Origin: Octopus vulgaris
Lineage: Eukaryota
Assembly: GCA_951406725.2 (NCBI GenBank)
Contig: OX597815.1
Span: forward strand, 200,818,001-200,882,000
DNA length: 64,000 nucleotides
Direction of reading: 5' to 3'
This document shows, piece after piece, positions 41,749 to 55,093 of this stretch (within the stretch, counting starts at the first letter, position 1; the number at the start of each line of letters is the position of its first letter). The position numbers and the translations under genes were made by a program. Under the pieces are notes generated by a model that did not search any database, had not been told where the DNA came from, and saw nothing but the letters and a program-made list of their open reading frames with translations.

Positions 41749-42087
41749 ATATGCATAAAACTGTGTTGGAATAGTATCATTCATGCTTAATTCTTATAAA
41801 ATGTTTTGCCGTTGGTAATAATTGTTTGCATAAGAACAACTCACAGTAATATATCGTATTATCACCATTGCTCTTAAACGCAAGAAATGTATTAACAAGA
41901 CAATTTAGTGCAAACATGTAAATATTCGCACGAAGTACGCATGTGCACTTATAGCACGCATGATTATGCATATACTGCCAGCAGGTAATTTATTGTGCAC
42001 TTCAAAATCTTCCTGCAAATGATTACATGATTTAAACGTTTAGCCATGTATGCACATACACACATACATACATGAATATATTATGTG

Positions 42088-42122
<35 letters not shown>

Positions 42123-42132
<10 letters not shown>

Positions 42133-42653
42133 GAGGATAATATCGATATTTAAGTGTCGAAATTATCAAGTGGCCAGCATGAAAGAAATACCTTACAAAG
42201 GTAAAAAAAATTTTAACAATTAAAAATGAGGGTGTCTAAAAGACACCAACATGCCGAAATAGCAGTCGAAACACTGACTATAGTACCACGTTAAATGTTC
42301 ATATCGCACCATGAGGTAAAGCGGAGGGACAAAACATACAAGCAAAAATTATTGAATAATTCAAGATCCAAGGATTTCTGGTTCTGCTTTAGATAAGCTT
42401 TACCGTCATCAATTGAATATATCAAGGGTACATAAATACAGATATATATATGCACAGCAAACGATATACTTACATATACGAGCGTCGTACATACATACAT
42501 ATGCACGTATGGACACAGCCAGTTTGAATCGCCCGCCAAATCACCGCATAAGTACGATATGGTTAAAATAAGCACCGCAGTGAATATAATAACGAATTAT
42601 ATACATTTATATATGAGGATAATATCGATATTTAAGTGTCGAAATTATCAAGT
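42123..42653. repeat. 49-bp exact direct repeat (42123-42171 and 42605-42653); probable partial-tandem PLE terminus
   Basis: ATTTATATATGAGGATAATATCGATATTTAAGTGTCGAAATTATCAAGT occurs twice; the first copy abuts (TA)n. Confidence 0.7.
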
Positions 42654-43365
42654 ATTAATTTTCTTTGGAATTTGGCACTTGTGTTGATGGAATGTATATA
42701 TGTGGTGTGTTAAAGTTGCTTGTATTCTCTTCGTAGGAGGCTGTTCTGATTTTAAATTACTTCAGCTTCCACATCATTATTTTACATCGCTTCTGTGATT
42801 TTTCTAGTTATTGAACCTTGTAGGTGTGTTTATTTCATAACTGTCCATTAATCCATCGTGTGTATTTATGAGAAATGTTCATAATAGAATGCTTCATTAC
42901 AATTTCGTTGGAGATTTCTGTTCTCTACCACAATATGCATTATCTTAGTTCGTGGTAAACTTCATTTTAAGTCCTACGAATAATGTAGTTTATACGGTAT
43001 TCTTGTTTTCTGTAACTCTTCTACAAACCAAGCCTTAATAACAACATATTCTTTTAAAAAATACGTCGTGTCTTTTTACCAACTTGCTCTGAGAATGTCC
43101 GGTGGTTTTACTTATAAATCATTTTGTCAAAATTTTATGTGACACTAATTCTAACATTAGTTTCTTGTAAAATATTCCAAAATATCAAATCTTTTTCCAC
43201 ACCTGGTCTGGAATTTGACAAATACTATAGCCTATGAATTGTAGCTCTCGTAAGTTTAGAATCCTTTGATAGTTTCCTCAGACTATGAATAATTGAATTA
43301 TGCCAGTTGTTATAGTCCACTCTGCATTGATGTACCATTCGAGACACGTTATATTATATATATAC

Positions 43366-46142
43366 TAGGGTGATCCTTAGAATTAGGTGATTATCCGAAA
43401 GTTACAAGTTTGCTGCTTTCACCCCCAATCCGTTTCCAATCAAAAAAAAAATAGCAGCTGAATCTAACAACTGCTAGACAACTCTCAAACGCCTTCTAAT
43501 TGGAACATAGTACACGCAACGTTTATTTCTTTGCATAAGTGGTATACTTTTCACTGTCTCAACTATTTTCTGTTTTCATCTTGGAGAAATTTAGGTGAAC
43601 ACATCAACACAAACCCAACAAGTGTTTAAACACTTTCTGAATCAAATTTACCAAAAGTTAAATTGAAAAATTCCTGAAATGACATGAATAAGTTAAGAAA
43701 TATTAGGTTTTTATAATATTTCACACAACTTCTATAAGAGAAATGCATTTTTGTTTAGAATAATAATTTCTATAGAATCGAAAACATAAGGTGAACACTG
43801 AATATTGAACATTCCTTTTGCACAAGAGAGAGTATAGTGCAGTTAGGTGTGTGTTAGGTTTCCAGTAACGATCTATAAAACAAACTGTTTCTCAGTTTCA
43901 TCTTTTATAAAATGATAAAAGAAAATCCTGAATGAGTTTGACACTTCTTTCTGCAACATCATTCACAACAACTGTTTTCTCAAGTTTTTCAAATCCGCTT
44001 ATGTAACTAGCACCATCCGTCTATGTTGAGAGGTCTTTGTCGAGGAAATTTGGGCTGATAGAAAGTCTCATGAAGAAAGCCTTTGTCCCGGGAGCTACAA
44101 AAGACGAAAACTCAATGTTTGTAAAGGAAGAAAAGTAATTTTGTTGCAGAATGTACCTACAGTTGTTCATATTTCATATTTCTCTTCTTCATTTTTGTCT
44201 GCTTCCATCATAACTTGTCTTAACCTCTGTTGGAACATTGTCATCAAATATGGATAGAGCCATAGTTTCGGAAGGTAAGTACCAGAGATGGTTGGAAAAT
44301 ATTCTCGCAGCAGACTTACTGATTTCTGGATCAATATCCTGATAATCTATCAGTTGACGCAGGAATAGGAAATCCTGATGAGGTGCTTAAATTGTTTCTG
44401 ATAGCAGAAACTGGGCTCGAACGTAGACTCGAGCAAACAAACTACATATTCTTCTTAAAGTGTTCTTCTTCCCAAGAGATAACTGAAATTGATCTTGAAA
44501 CATGTATATCTTCAATGCATAAATTGCTTGTAACATCCACCTACCATGGCTTACAGATCCAGATGTACAAAACGATATGTCATTGTACGGAAGGTCACCA
44601 AGAATTATCCTCATTAATTTGATTCTCGCTAATCATCTCGCTGTTGTTTCTGCGGAGGAAGGTGGTATTTAAGAAATCCAAGAATGGTAGACTGGACATC
44701 ATCAGGTACTTCATTCCTATCCGTTATGTAAACCTTGTTGAGTTTCTTTCAGGCTTCTCTAAATCTTTTTTAAAAAATGTTATGGCTGGACTAAAGTCTT
44801 CAGTGAGTCGTAACAGCTCTAAAAGGCTAAAAAAATGTGATGACGGCAAGGAAACTACAACTGGTCGTGTAGAGCAACTTCTCTAGATTTGTGCAGGCAC
44901 AATTAACTCGACCTGTGTTGCTTGCTGTGGTATCAGCAAAGTTCCTGAATTTTGTCGGTTACACCCCGCTTGTCCATTGCTTGGTAAACAGCCATGACTT
45001 GCTGTTCGGAACATGATGGAATTTCAGGAACTCACACTATTGCTTCTTGCCTTGACAAAATTACTATTATTGCCAGTCATTCAACCTTTTCAACATCTGC
45101 GAGCGCTGGGAGCAGCTTTCCATCCCAGTGAAACACTAATTCTTGACAGTTGTTTAAGTTAGATTTGTGCTGTATTTCTGTGTGTCTCGCTCTTCTAAAT
45201 TTTTTTCTAAGGAGTTGAAAAGAAGTGAGATTTATTATCAGGTTTCCATTATCACGCACGAAAGCCTCTACAGCAGCCATTAATATGTATACTCCATTTC
45301 TTACATTAATATGTAAACACCACTCTTACATTGTAGAAAAAAAAAACGCTTGAAAGTTGCCGATTCGTGGCTAGTTCGGCGCCCACGATTTGATTGGAAA
45401 TGAGGCCCACAAGAGGCACATGAAAATCTCTTCTAAACTTGTGTGATAAACTACCAGAAACCACTTCGCGCCTGCACAAACAATTCTGGAAGAAAAAAGG
45501 AAGAGTTAGTCATGAAAGCATCATATTTGGTCAAAAATAAGTATACAAAGCGCAAAACACTATAAAATGTTATAAATATAGTATTACGACTTTCTCAGGG
45601 CTACCGACAGAATGAACGAGTGCTTATGAGTTATTACAAATAAATTGACTTATAGTTATAAACGCGGACAAGTTATATTAGTACACTTTTTATCACCGAC
45701 GTATATTTCTTAATAATCTATTTCTCTACACAACCATTAGGTGAAGTACAATTCTTTCATCGGAAGAACGCAACTGACAACCTCACCCGCTCACGGTTGG
45801 CCACCGACAGGATGACGGTGAAAAATAGGTGTTTGCCTTATACGTTCGCTCTGTCCCGGCTTTGCAAGTTGACTTCTTCATTATATTTATTGCCACATAC
45901 TTCTTACAAAAAAAGAAAATAAATCTGAGCAAGTTTTTAATTTAAAAGAAGATTACTTAAGACATGGACAATTTGTATCTTAAAAAATTACTTTCCAGGC
46001 GAAAACTTCAACATTTCACTGTCAATGAGGGTCGTCTTGCAGTTCTCCGCTTGAGCTAACATTTTCCATAATATATTTATTTTGTTACTTGAAACAGCAT
46101 AGTGGGTCGGGAACTAAACTTTTAGAAAGTTGAAAATCAAGG

Positions 46143-46145
<3 letters not shown>
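43366..46145 (-). mobile_element. Decayed hAT-like DNA transposon (probably hATm group)
   Basis: Minus-strand peptides LVFHWDGKLLP, DTTASNTG, CRHH, HGRWMLQAIYALKI, HLWYL, VVNDVAERSVKLIQDF. Left end TAGGGTGATCCTTA; right end only weakly complementary. Confidence 0.75.
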
Positions 46146-46189
<44 letters not shown>

Positions 46190-46214
46190 GGATGTATGGA
46201 TGTATATTACATAG

Positions 46215-46955
46215 TTACTTTATTCCATATGGGTAGAAATATATGAAAGAATCTGAGTTGAAAATGTACTGGGAATAGCTAAAATATTTATTTTTATTAT
46301 TATATTTAAAGATTTAACCGGTTTTTACAGATTACATTGATTGTCAAATATTCGGAATAGAAAAACATGGCTTATACCGCAGATATTTTGCTTCTAGCTA
46401 ATGTTTGAAACTTACCCTATTTTTTTTAGGGAGTTCGTAGTTGAAATTAGTATATGTTTTGAATAGAATTTGATTGGTAGAGGATAGTCACACGACTGTT
46501 CTTAGAATTTTATGTAGGTCCATGACAGACTTTTACCGTAAAAAAATCCGTTTACATGTTCTTCAAGGAATTAGGAGACAATACCAAATGTTAAGGATGC
46601 AATGGAAATTACATAATCTAAGAAATAAACTAAAGCACGGACCAATCGGGCATCCTACAAAAATATCTAAGACCAGTTGTTTGAATATCCTTTACCAAAC
46701 CCCATTCAAAACATAAATTCTTATAAAATATTAACATAAACACATCAATTTATATAAATCTCTATAAAAATATGGCAAGCTTCAAATACTAGACAGAGGC
46801 AAAGCAGTTGCGTCATATGCCACGTCTTTCTATTTCATATATATTTGAAAATCAGTGCAAAATGTAAAACCGGTTAAATCTTTAAATATAATAATGCAAA
46901 GTATTTTAATTATTCTCAACGCATTTTCAACTTCTGTTTTTCCTATTTATACAGG
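46215..46955. repeat. Diverged inverted repeat (about 46215-46375 and 46818-46955), PLE pLTR-like
   Basis: TTATATTTAAAGATTTAACCGGTTTT versus AAAACCGGTTAAATCTTTAAATATAA; (TA)n at both ends. Confidence 0.65.
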
Positions 46956-47103
46956 AAACTTATATATATATATACACCATTCTGCTTAAATAAGGGAACT
47001 ACAGATACCATATCCTTACGTATCTCACGTCTGTTTTCATTCTCCACTTCACTCTGTATTTCATATCTTCTTTATAACTATTATTTAAATAATTTTTCCA
47101 GCA

Positions 47104-47149
47104 TCTCTGATGAAGGGATGCATAGAATATCCCGGAAACAGCTGTAAGA
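47104..47149 (+). ncRNA. Minimal hammerhead ribozyme motif in a short TA-flanked pLTR (about 46975-47215)
   Basis: TCT-CTGATGA-A-GGGAT-GCATAGAAT-ATCCC-G-GAAAC-AGCT-GTA-AGA; palindromic ACAGCTGT. Confidence 0.7.
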
Positions 47150-47212
47150 CATCCTTATAAGTGTTATGATACCTGTTCACAGCCTTAGATAATTTTTTAT
47201 CTGATTCTGTTC

Positions 47213-47279
<67 letters not shown>

Positions 47280-47363
47280 AATAAATATATATATATAAAT
47301 ATATATGCATACGTATATGCATATATTTATTTATATGTATATATGTATATATATATTTATACG

Positions 47364-47451
<88 letters not shown>

Positions 47452-47594
47452 TACACACTCACACACAATATTATATATTTCGATTCTCATTTATAAAATA
47501 GTTCTATACATGCGAGTGTGTATGTGAGTGTGTATGTGTGTATATGTGTGTCTGTGTGTCTGTGTGTGTGGTCTGAGTGGTGTGTGTATATGTA

Positions 47595-47745
47595 TATTAT
47601 TATTATTATTATTATTATAATAATTATTATTATAATAATTATTATTATAATTATTATTATCATTATTATTATTATTATTATTATAATAATTATTATTATA
47701 ATAATTATTATTATAATTATTATTATCATTATTATTATTATTATT
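47595..47745. repeat. (TAT)n microsatellite, possibly the (TAA)n tail of a minus-strand LINE 3' fragment at 47745-47880
   Basis: Repeat directly visible; the LINE link is inferred. Confidence 0.8.
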
Positions 47746-48009
47746 AAGACAACTCATTCGGTACCAGGCCTGATCGAGACGAATATCCGCCACAGGGTCA
47801 CGAAACTTTGAGTCGCTTGGAGAGGAATCGAACTGTATTATATAATGATATATAATAATAATACGAGTAACTCCGACTAAATGTGTTGAGTGCACTTTTC
47901 ATTCATTCTTCTATTCACATGTGTATGAATGTGTATAGGTATATATATATGTGTGTGTGTGTGTATGAATATATTTATAAACAAATATATAAATATATGT
48001 AGATAAATA

Positions 48010-48092
<83 letters not shown>

Positions 48093-49416
48093 TATATGCG
48101 TGTTTGTGTGTGTGCATGTGTATGTGTGCGTGTGTCCCTGTATTTGTGTGTGGCTATGTATGTATGTATGTTTTCAGCCACACTCGCACACCTATATCCT
48201 CGGATATATTAATGTTCGTTCTCTCAGAATATATTCGCTTGTTATTTACTATTCATATAATACAAACTTTTATGTTCTATATTTATGGTAAGATATTTAT
48301 TCGTCATTCTACTTTATTTCGATTAATTTTCCCACTAACTTTTCCTCGTGTCCTATAGGTGAATTCAATATTTATCTTGCCGGATTAGCCGTAGAGTAAA
48401 TAGTAATAATTATTGTGATATTAGAAATCCCAGAGCTCCAAGCAAACACTGGCTTATTATGATTATCACTTCAAAAAGAAACGAGTGTAAAGTAGAATTT
48501 AGCTAAGATTAATTGGTCAGTTGTAGGTTCTCGATATTTCACCGTGTTTTTGAACACAAGTTGCACTATGGTATTGTCGGTGTTTTCATTATGCAAGAAT
48601 AGCCGACCAAGGCAATACCCTGGAGACTCTTATAGCGTTGTTCAATGAGTGGACATGAAAACCAGAGCTCTATCTCTTTAATGCAAATTTTCTTTCTTCT
48701 TTATAAAGATGGAAATGTTCTGAACGAAATTAAGATGTTGTGAAATACAAACAGAGATGGAGACAAATAATCAGAAAAAGAGAAGAATATTGGTAGGCGA
48801 GTCGGCATCATTAAATTGTATTCTATAGTGTTCAGATTTCAGAGAAATAAATATAGATTTCTATTATAATGAGATAAATTCTAGTCTAGGAATATCAGAA
48901 TTCTTAGACGGCTGAGTGTTTTCGGATTATAAGCACTTTGATATGATTGCCGTGGGGTGGTCAGATAAGCAGTTAGGAGAAACTGGGTAGCATTGACAGC
49001 ACATGTGTGGTTAATCATTCTTGCACGAAATCAAATCACCAAACTCATACAAGTACCTCCATCTACCTATGCGACGCGAGCGGTTGTGCGGTGTCACTTT
49101 ACTGAAGACTTAAATTTAGACATCAAGCATAATCTTTTGTTTGTGTATCATGGGCAACGTTTTCGATTATTTAGAAGACATTGTGCAACGTGTAATGAGA
49201 CACTACATTGCAACATTTAAATCAGGAGTGATCTTCTATGCTCCAATTATTCAAGCGGGTTCGAACAAGACTTAAGTCGAAGACACAATAAATATTAAAT
49301 AATAAACAAGAATGATGTAATTCTCAAACTTCATAAATAGAGTCTTCCACAAATATACTCATTTATTTGTAACCACATGACAATTTGGAAAAATCCATAT
49401 ATAATATTAATACATA

Positions 49417-49812
49417 CTAGCAGTATCGCCCGGCGTTGCTCGGGTTTGTAAGGAAAATAACTATATAAGCATTTTTAGAGATGTAAAGTATAATAGCCAT
49501 CTCAATATGGCTAACCACAGAGAGGGGGTGTTACTGTAGCTTTTTACGTTCTGAGATTTAATAATACATTTTTAGAGAGTTACTTCCCTTATATATGCTA
49601 AAAATGAATTAAAAATGGGAAAAATTTATGGTAATTTTTTTTTAAAATCGTAGACTCATCGTAGACGCGCGCTAATACCCAGAATGGCTCGATATGAATC
49701 ACGACTATAAGATACCCGGTTTTGGTTAAACTGCACCGCAAAATGTGGGAGTAGTTAGGAATCTAATTCGTAGGAGACAGACAGCACACAACCTCACTTT
49801 TATATATAAATA
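49417..49812 (-). mobile_element. Non-autonomous Helitron
   Basis: Minus-strand 3' end has the hairpin CCCGAGCAACGCCGGG followed by CTAG|T at 49420-49416. 5' end is (T)ATATATAAAAGTGAGG. Confidence 0.8.
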
Positions 49813-50120
49813 TATCTTCAATATTTCTTCATAATAAAGAAACTTAAGTAATTGTTTGTCAATATCACAATGCTTTTAAGCCTATGATAAATGATAACTC
49901 TTCCATGGCATTGACCAAATCTTGCATATACATAAAGTACTAACACACACGCCCACACAATTGCATACAAGCATACATGAAATGAAAGTTCTGACAGTTT
50001 TTATATGAATATACATATCTCTGTGTGTGCGCTCGTGAGTATATGTGTGTGTCTGCTTGTGTGCATTCGTATATACGTATGTATGCATATATGTATGTAC
50101 ATATGTATATGCAAATATAT

Positions 50121-50219
<99 letters not shown>

Positions 50220-50639
50220 TATATACACACACTCACATATACACATGATTTGCATTCCAAACGTTTTGAGACCTTTTCTTTAAAAAAAGTAGACAACAAC
50301 TTTTGTAGGTTATTTTAATTTTAGTATATCATTACTTCATATCTAATAAGCTGAGCTGCTAACTTTTGTTATTCTAGATTAAGTAAGACAGGTAACACAG
50401 TACTGCAACTAAGCCTACCAAACACTACTTGTCTTACATCAATATCTTTCAATATGCAGTCGCGATGTGAAGACAGTTGAGAAACTCAATACCGAATAAG
50501 ATTTTCTGTTAAACTGAGCTAAATCTATACAGAAATGAATTAAATGCTCCTGACGACTTAATGGATTAACTTATGTGAGCCGAGCATCTGTATTTCGCTA
50601 ACTCAAGACGCGAGACAAATCAAGTCCACAAAGAAACAC

Positions 50640-51101
50640 ATGATGATCTCGTTTATTGACTGCAATTACATCCACTAGTTTCTGTATGGCCAGAATATCA
50701 ACAAAGAGCGTTTTGCGGTGGTTTTGTGGAAGTTAAGTAGATTTCATTGCAAAACCACGACTACCAGCACCAGATCAATGCACCAGTCAACTGTGCCATT
50801 CTGGTAACCAACTATTTGATAGAGATGGGTAGCAAAAATCTTTTTCATCCTCCCTACAATCTAGGTTTTGCTCCGTCTCACTGTGGTTTTTCTCCAAGCT
50901 GAAGGAGATGAAGGAGTCTGCGACATGTGTCCTAGACCTTCTCATTTTGGAGGATCTACCTAGAGTCTTCACGATGCGGCTGGGATGCTGTAACTAGTGC
51001 AGAGGATCATAATTTGAAGGAGCTCCGAATTAATTTTACTTTTATTGAAATCAATAAATGTATCTTTTCATGGTTTCGAAACTTGTTGGAAAGCACCCTA
51101 T
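50640..51101 (+). mobile_element. Degraded mariner-like 3' end
   Basis: GGATCATAATTTGAAGGAG (cf. GDYFEG) followed by GAAACTTGTTGGAAAGCACCCTA as a TIR-like end. Confidence 0.45.
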
Positions 51102-51589
51102 GTCTTCAAGAAAATGAATTCTTTCCGTCTGCCGATGGGTCAATATGTGATAGCAATATTCAAGGTGTTGGCATTATTCCATTTTATTTTATCCTGGAAA
51201 ACTATTCGTCGAAACACATTCATTCGATCAACAAAAACAAAAATAATAAATAAATAAAATAAAAAATCAACGAGAGAATTAAATTCCCGTACTCTATTTC
51301 AAATTACGCTCTAATTTTCAGGTACACATCACCTCTGTAGTACAGGAGATTCACGTATACACACACACGCACACATACTAACATATACACATGCATACAT
51401 ACTTATATGTATATGTAAATATACATGTAATTATGTAAATTTTGAGTATATATCTAGTAGTTTGCCGGTAAAGCACATTATTTATACAATTGTCGCAGGA
51501 TCTACCTCAGAAATTCATGTGTTCATCGAGTATTTATCAAATGACAGAGACTGAAAATTCGAATATACGAGAAACTTTGCTGTTCACCA

Positions 51590-51890
51590 TGATCATTTCG
51601 TCTCATCCTGCATCGATCTCTCGCGGTGTGAGACTGAACAACTGGCTATGCTGTATGTCTCGGCACGGAAGCGTTTTGTCCAGTGACTTTGAAGGGGGTT
51701 CCCGTTAATTAAACCCTGTTTTGTTCGGCTTTAATACAGCCTGTTATTTGCGACCGTAGTTCTAAAACCTTAGGCAGAGTTTATTTCATGAGGTACTCCT
51801 TGTAAAATCAACTGACGGGGCTCATCTGGAAGGAGAGATGCACAACTACCTGTTATACAGTATCCCAGCGGCGTGGGATCGATGCAAGTT
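51590..51890 (+). mobile_element. Possible RTE-type LINE 5' fragment
   Basis: GC-richer segment with GTCCAGTGACTTTGAAGGGGGTTCCC and CTCATCTGGAAGG. Recognition is from memory only. Confidence 0.3.
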
Positions 51891-53513
51891 CGGCCTAAGC
51901 CAAAGGTGCGCAAAATATTTCGGCCGCCGCCCCGCACATGGCCGTATAATACCCGCAGCGCTCCATCTTTATTTTTATGTATAAGTAAATATTTTATATT
52001 TTAATAATTTATGTATACTATGGGTCATGTGATATTTAATATTTTATATAATTTGTATACAATAATATAATATAATAATAAATTCATAGCATCCCCCCAA
52101 TCCACTGCCTTCCTCCCAACGCTTCCATTTTTCCCTACTGCCCTCCACCACTCCCACTCCCTGTGGCCGCAGCGCCCACTCTGAGAACCTATGGTCGAAA
52201 CGATCGTTGTGAGCAATCATGTTCCATGTATTTTCCATTTTCTGTCAATATCTCTATCATTTATTTCATATATATATATAAACATATACATATATATATG
52301 TATCCGTGTGTAAATGGCCGCTATGACTTTAATTCAGATTCTCGGCTGTCAAAGGGTTTTGCAGTCATCGAATACGAGAAATGATTTCTGTCTAAGTTTC
52401 CAACAATGCGCCAGGTATTCCACCACTTTAAGCTCTCAACACTTCACTAGTATCACTGGTGTGTCGAATCCTTCTGCAGGTGGATAAATTACTATAATTG
52501 TTTTATTTTATTTTTTTATCAGATTAATCTTGCGACCAAATATGTCACTTGAACATTCATAATATGCACGCAGAATATGGAGCGGATACTGTGAAGATAT
52601 ATTGCTGCTGCGCATGTCATCAACTCTTCAAACGCCTTTCAGGGCTCAAACATCACTGAAGATCTCACGCTAGGAAAGAGTAATTAGTGCACAAAAAGTC
52701 ATCAAACTCTACAAGTGCAGAATGTCGACAAGCGCGCGCGCACACACACACACACACACACAGAGAAAAGCATGACCACGCAAGAGCGCCCCACGCGTTC
52801 ACACACAAGGAAACACACGCAAACACGCACACATACATATCACTGATTGATCCTGGAGAACAGTGTCATTTCATTTAAGCTCTCCCAATACCTCAGCAGT
52901 GCTCTTGGGTATTTTCATGATGCAACATGATGCGTTGGGATACATACAGTTCTCAGTTTAATTTGGTGATGCGAACAGATTTGAAAGTGACGAATGAACT
53001 AAGGGCACTTACATATATGTGCATAATTTTATTTACATGCACACACATACATACTTACATTTACACACGCACATACACACACATATAGATGGTTATGTAT
53101 ATATGTGTGCGTGTGTGTGAGCGTGTGTATGTTTTGGTAGATAGATAGATAGAGAGAGATCGAAACATGCATACAGACACACAAACATGCATACATACAT
53201 GCAAGCAGGCATACATAAAGCGAAGGAATGTGGGTTTTCAATCCTTAAAAGGACACTGAGAAAACCCATGTAGAATACAGAGAATTTAATCAAGACGTAA
53301 TAAGAGACAATAGCAAGATATATCTTGAAATGTATTTATCAATTTATTATAGGAATGTAATATGAAGTAAATAATTTTTAACGAGTAAATTCTAAAGATG
53401 TATAACTCTGTAATCTCATTTAATATTCATGTGTAGTGTGTGTCTGTTGATGTGTGCGTTTAAATGTGTTTGCATTTATGCATATTTGCGCAGTTATATT
53501 TTGGGATATATAT

Positions 53514-53678
53514 TACGTTATATAAATGGGGTTCAGTAAAATAATTTTACTTTAATACACACCGAACTTTTAGAAATAGCAGCCAAGAAACCTTACCTAT
53601 TTCTTCTATTGCTATTTCTAAAAGTTCGGTGTGTGGTAAACTAAATTATTTTACTGAACCCTAATTATATAACATAAT
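53514..53678. repeat. Inverted repeat (53514-53581 and 53610-53678) at the 5' end of a truncated pLTR-like repeat
   Basis: CACACCGAACTTTTAGAAATAGCA versus TGCTATTTCTAAAAGTTCGGTGTG. Confidence 0.75.
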
Positions 53679-53771
53679 GTTTTAAATATACCGTAAATGG
53701 TCTTTTTACATACTGAACACTACTTGGTAAAATTAATTAATAATTAATTGGTTTTACCCTTTTATTATTGA

Positions 53772-53814
<43 letters not shown>

Positions 53815-54146
53815 TAGGAATGAACGCTTTCCCCGTGCATACAAAAGAAATATTTTAAACACAAATATTTCAAAGAAGACTCCCCTATAAACGAGGTTAA
53901 CCCTACCAGGATAGCGCCTTTTTCTAAACGTGAACACACAGCACACAAACTTTACACAAGAAAGAAAAGTGCCCCTATATCTCACATACAAGTAGAAGAA
54001 CATCATGCTCGAGACATTGTCCGTAACAAAAACAAATAATGCAAAATAATTAACCTCAACATGCAAAAGACAAATATCCAACAGATTCCACACGAGATTA
54101 ATGTCCCTTGATATATTGATTCATTGATTTCTTTACGCAAATTTAC

Positions 54147-54214
54147 GAGAAATCCCATGAACGAAGTGAGAATGATTTCCAAAAGGAGGCGAACACTTTT
54201 CTCCCTGTGATCGG
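54147..54214 (-). CDS. Candidate exon (PITGRKVFASFWKSFSLRSWDF), possible CUB-like domain
   Basis: tttttcaAG acceptor and GTAAAT donor; phase-0 join with the 54715-54827 exon; in-frame stop immediately inside the donor. Confidence 0.4.
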
Positions 54215-54380
54215 CTTGAAAAATGGTTAAAACACTAGGATATTTTCCTATTTTACTTAACATAAAAGCAATGGTAGCCTTAATTCACAAATAAAGAAAT
54301 GATATATCTACCAGTGCAGCATTGAGCATTTATTACGTCGCTCGATATTTACGTGTGTATATATATATATATATATATAT

Positions 54381-54452
54381 ACACTGAAGAACCTGGCCTG
54401 GCAAATATATTCTGTGTGTTTGCTAAAAATAGGTAGAAACCGTTCGGTCTGG
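54381..54452 (+). ncRNA. Hammerhead ribozyme motif with extended stem II in a TA-flanked 270-bp pLTR-like repeat
   Basis: CA-CTGAAGA-ACCT...AGGT-A-GAAAC-CGTTCG-GTC-TG; inner helix GGCAAA/TTTGCT. Confidence 0.55.
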
Positions 54453-54652
54453 GATATAACTGAGATGGTAAATGTTTTTAATTTTCATTCCTTTCATTAA
54501 TTTATCCCTTTTTGTGTTTCTAGCACTACGCTTCCTTATTTGGAAGCCTTTTATTATATTTCTATACGAAAAATATATAGTCTAATGACTAATTCGTCTT
54601 TTGTGCTAGGCCACTGGTAATAATAATTTATTTTATTACCCTATTTGATTAT

Positions 54653-54700
<48 letters not shown>

Positions 54701-54714
54701 GAAGAACATCTTAC

Positions 54715-54827
54715 TTTCAAAACCATATATATGCATTTGAATGACTTTTGAGGAATTGAGAAAATTCCGTATCTAAATTTTACCATTTCATCCACATTCC
54801 GATATTCATATGTCAGCACCAGAGAGA
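54715..54827 (-). CDS. Candidate internal exon (SLVLTYEYRNVDEMVKFRYGIFSIPQKSFKCIYMVLK)
   Basis: 113 bp and open; ttcgttttAG acceptor and AAA|GTAAGA donor. Confidence 0.5.
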
Positions 54828-55093
54828 CTAAAACGAATAACACATAGATTTCTTTTTGAATTTAAATCAACCGGTGGGATATAATTCACATCAACCACAT
54901 GAATAAGTCTTGTTTTCCTTGAAAACCATTCAAATATCTTAATTTGAATGCATAATCTATCAAGTAAAATTTCTGCTTTTGATTGAAACATGAAATTTAC
55001 AACTGAAAGCTATGCACTGAACTCAATTGTATTTATTTTTCACTCCGACACATCAAAGTCATAGTGGAAGAATACGAAAAAGTATATTTTTGC

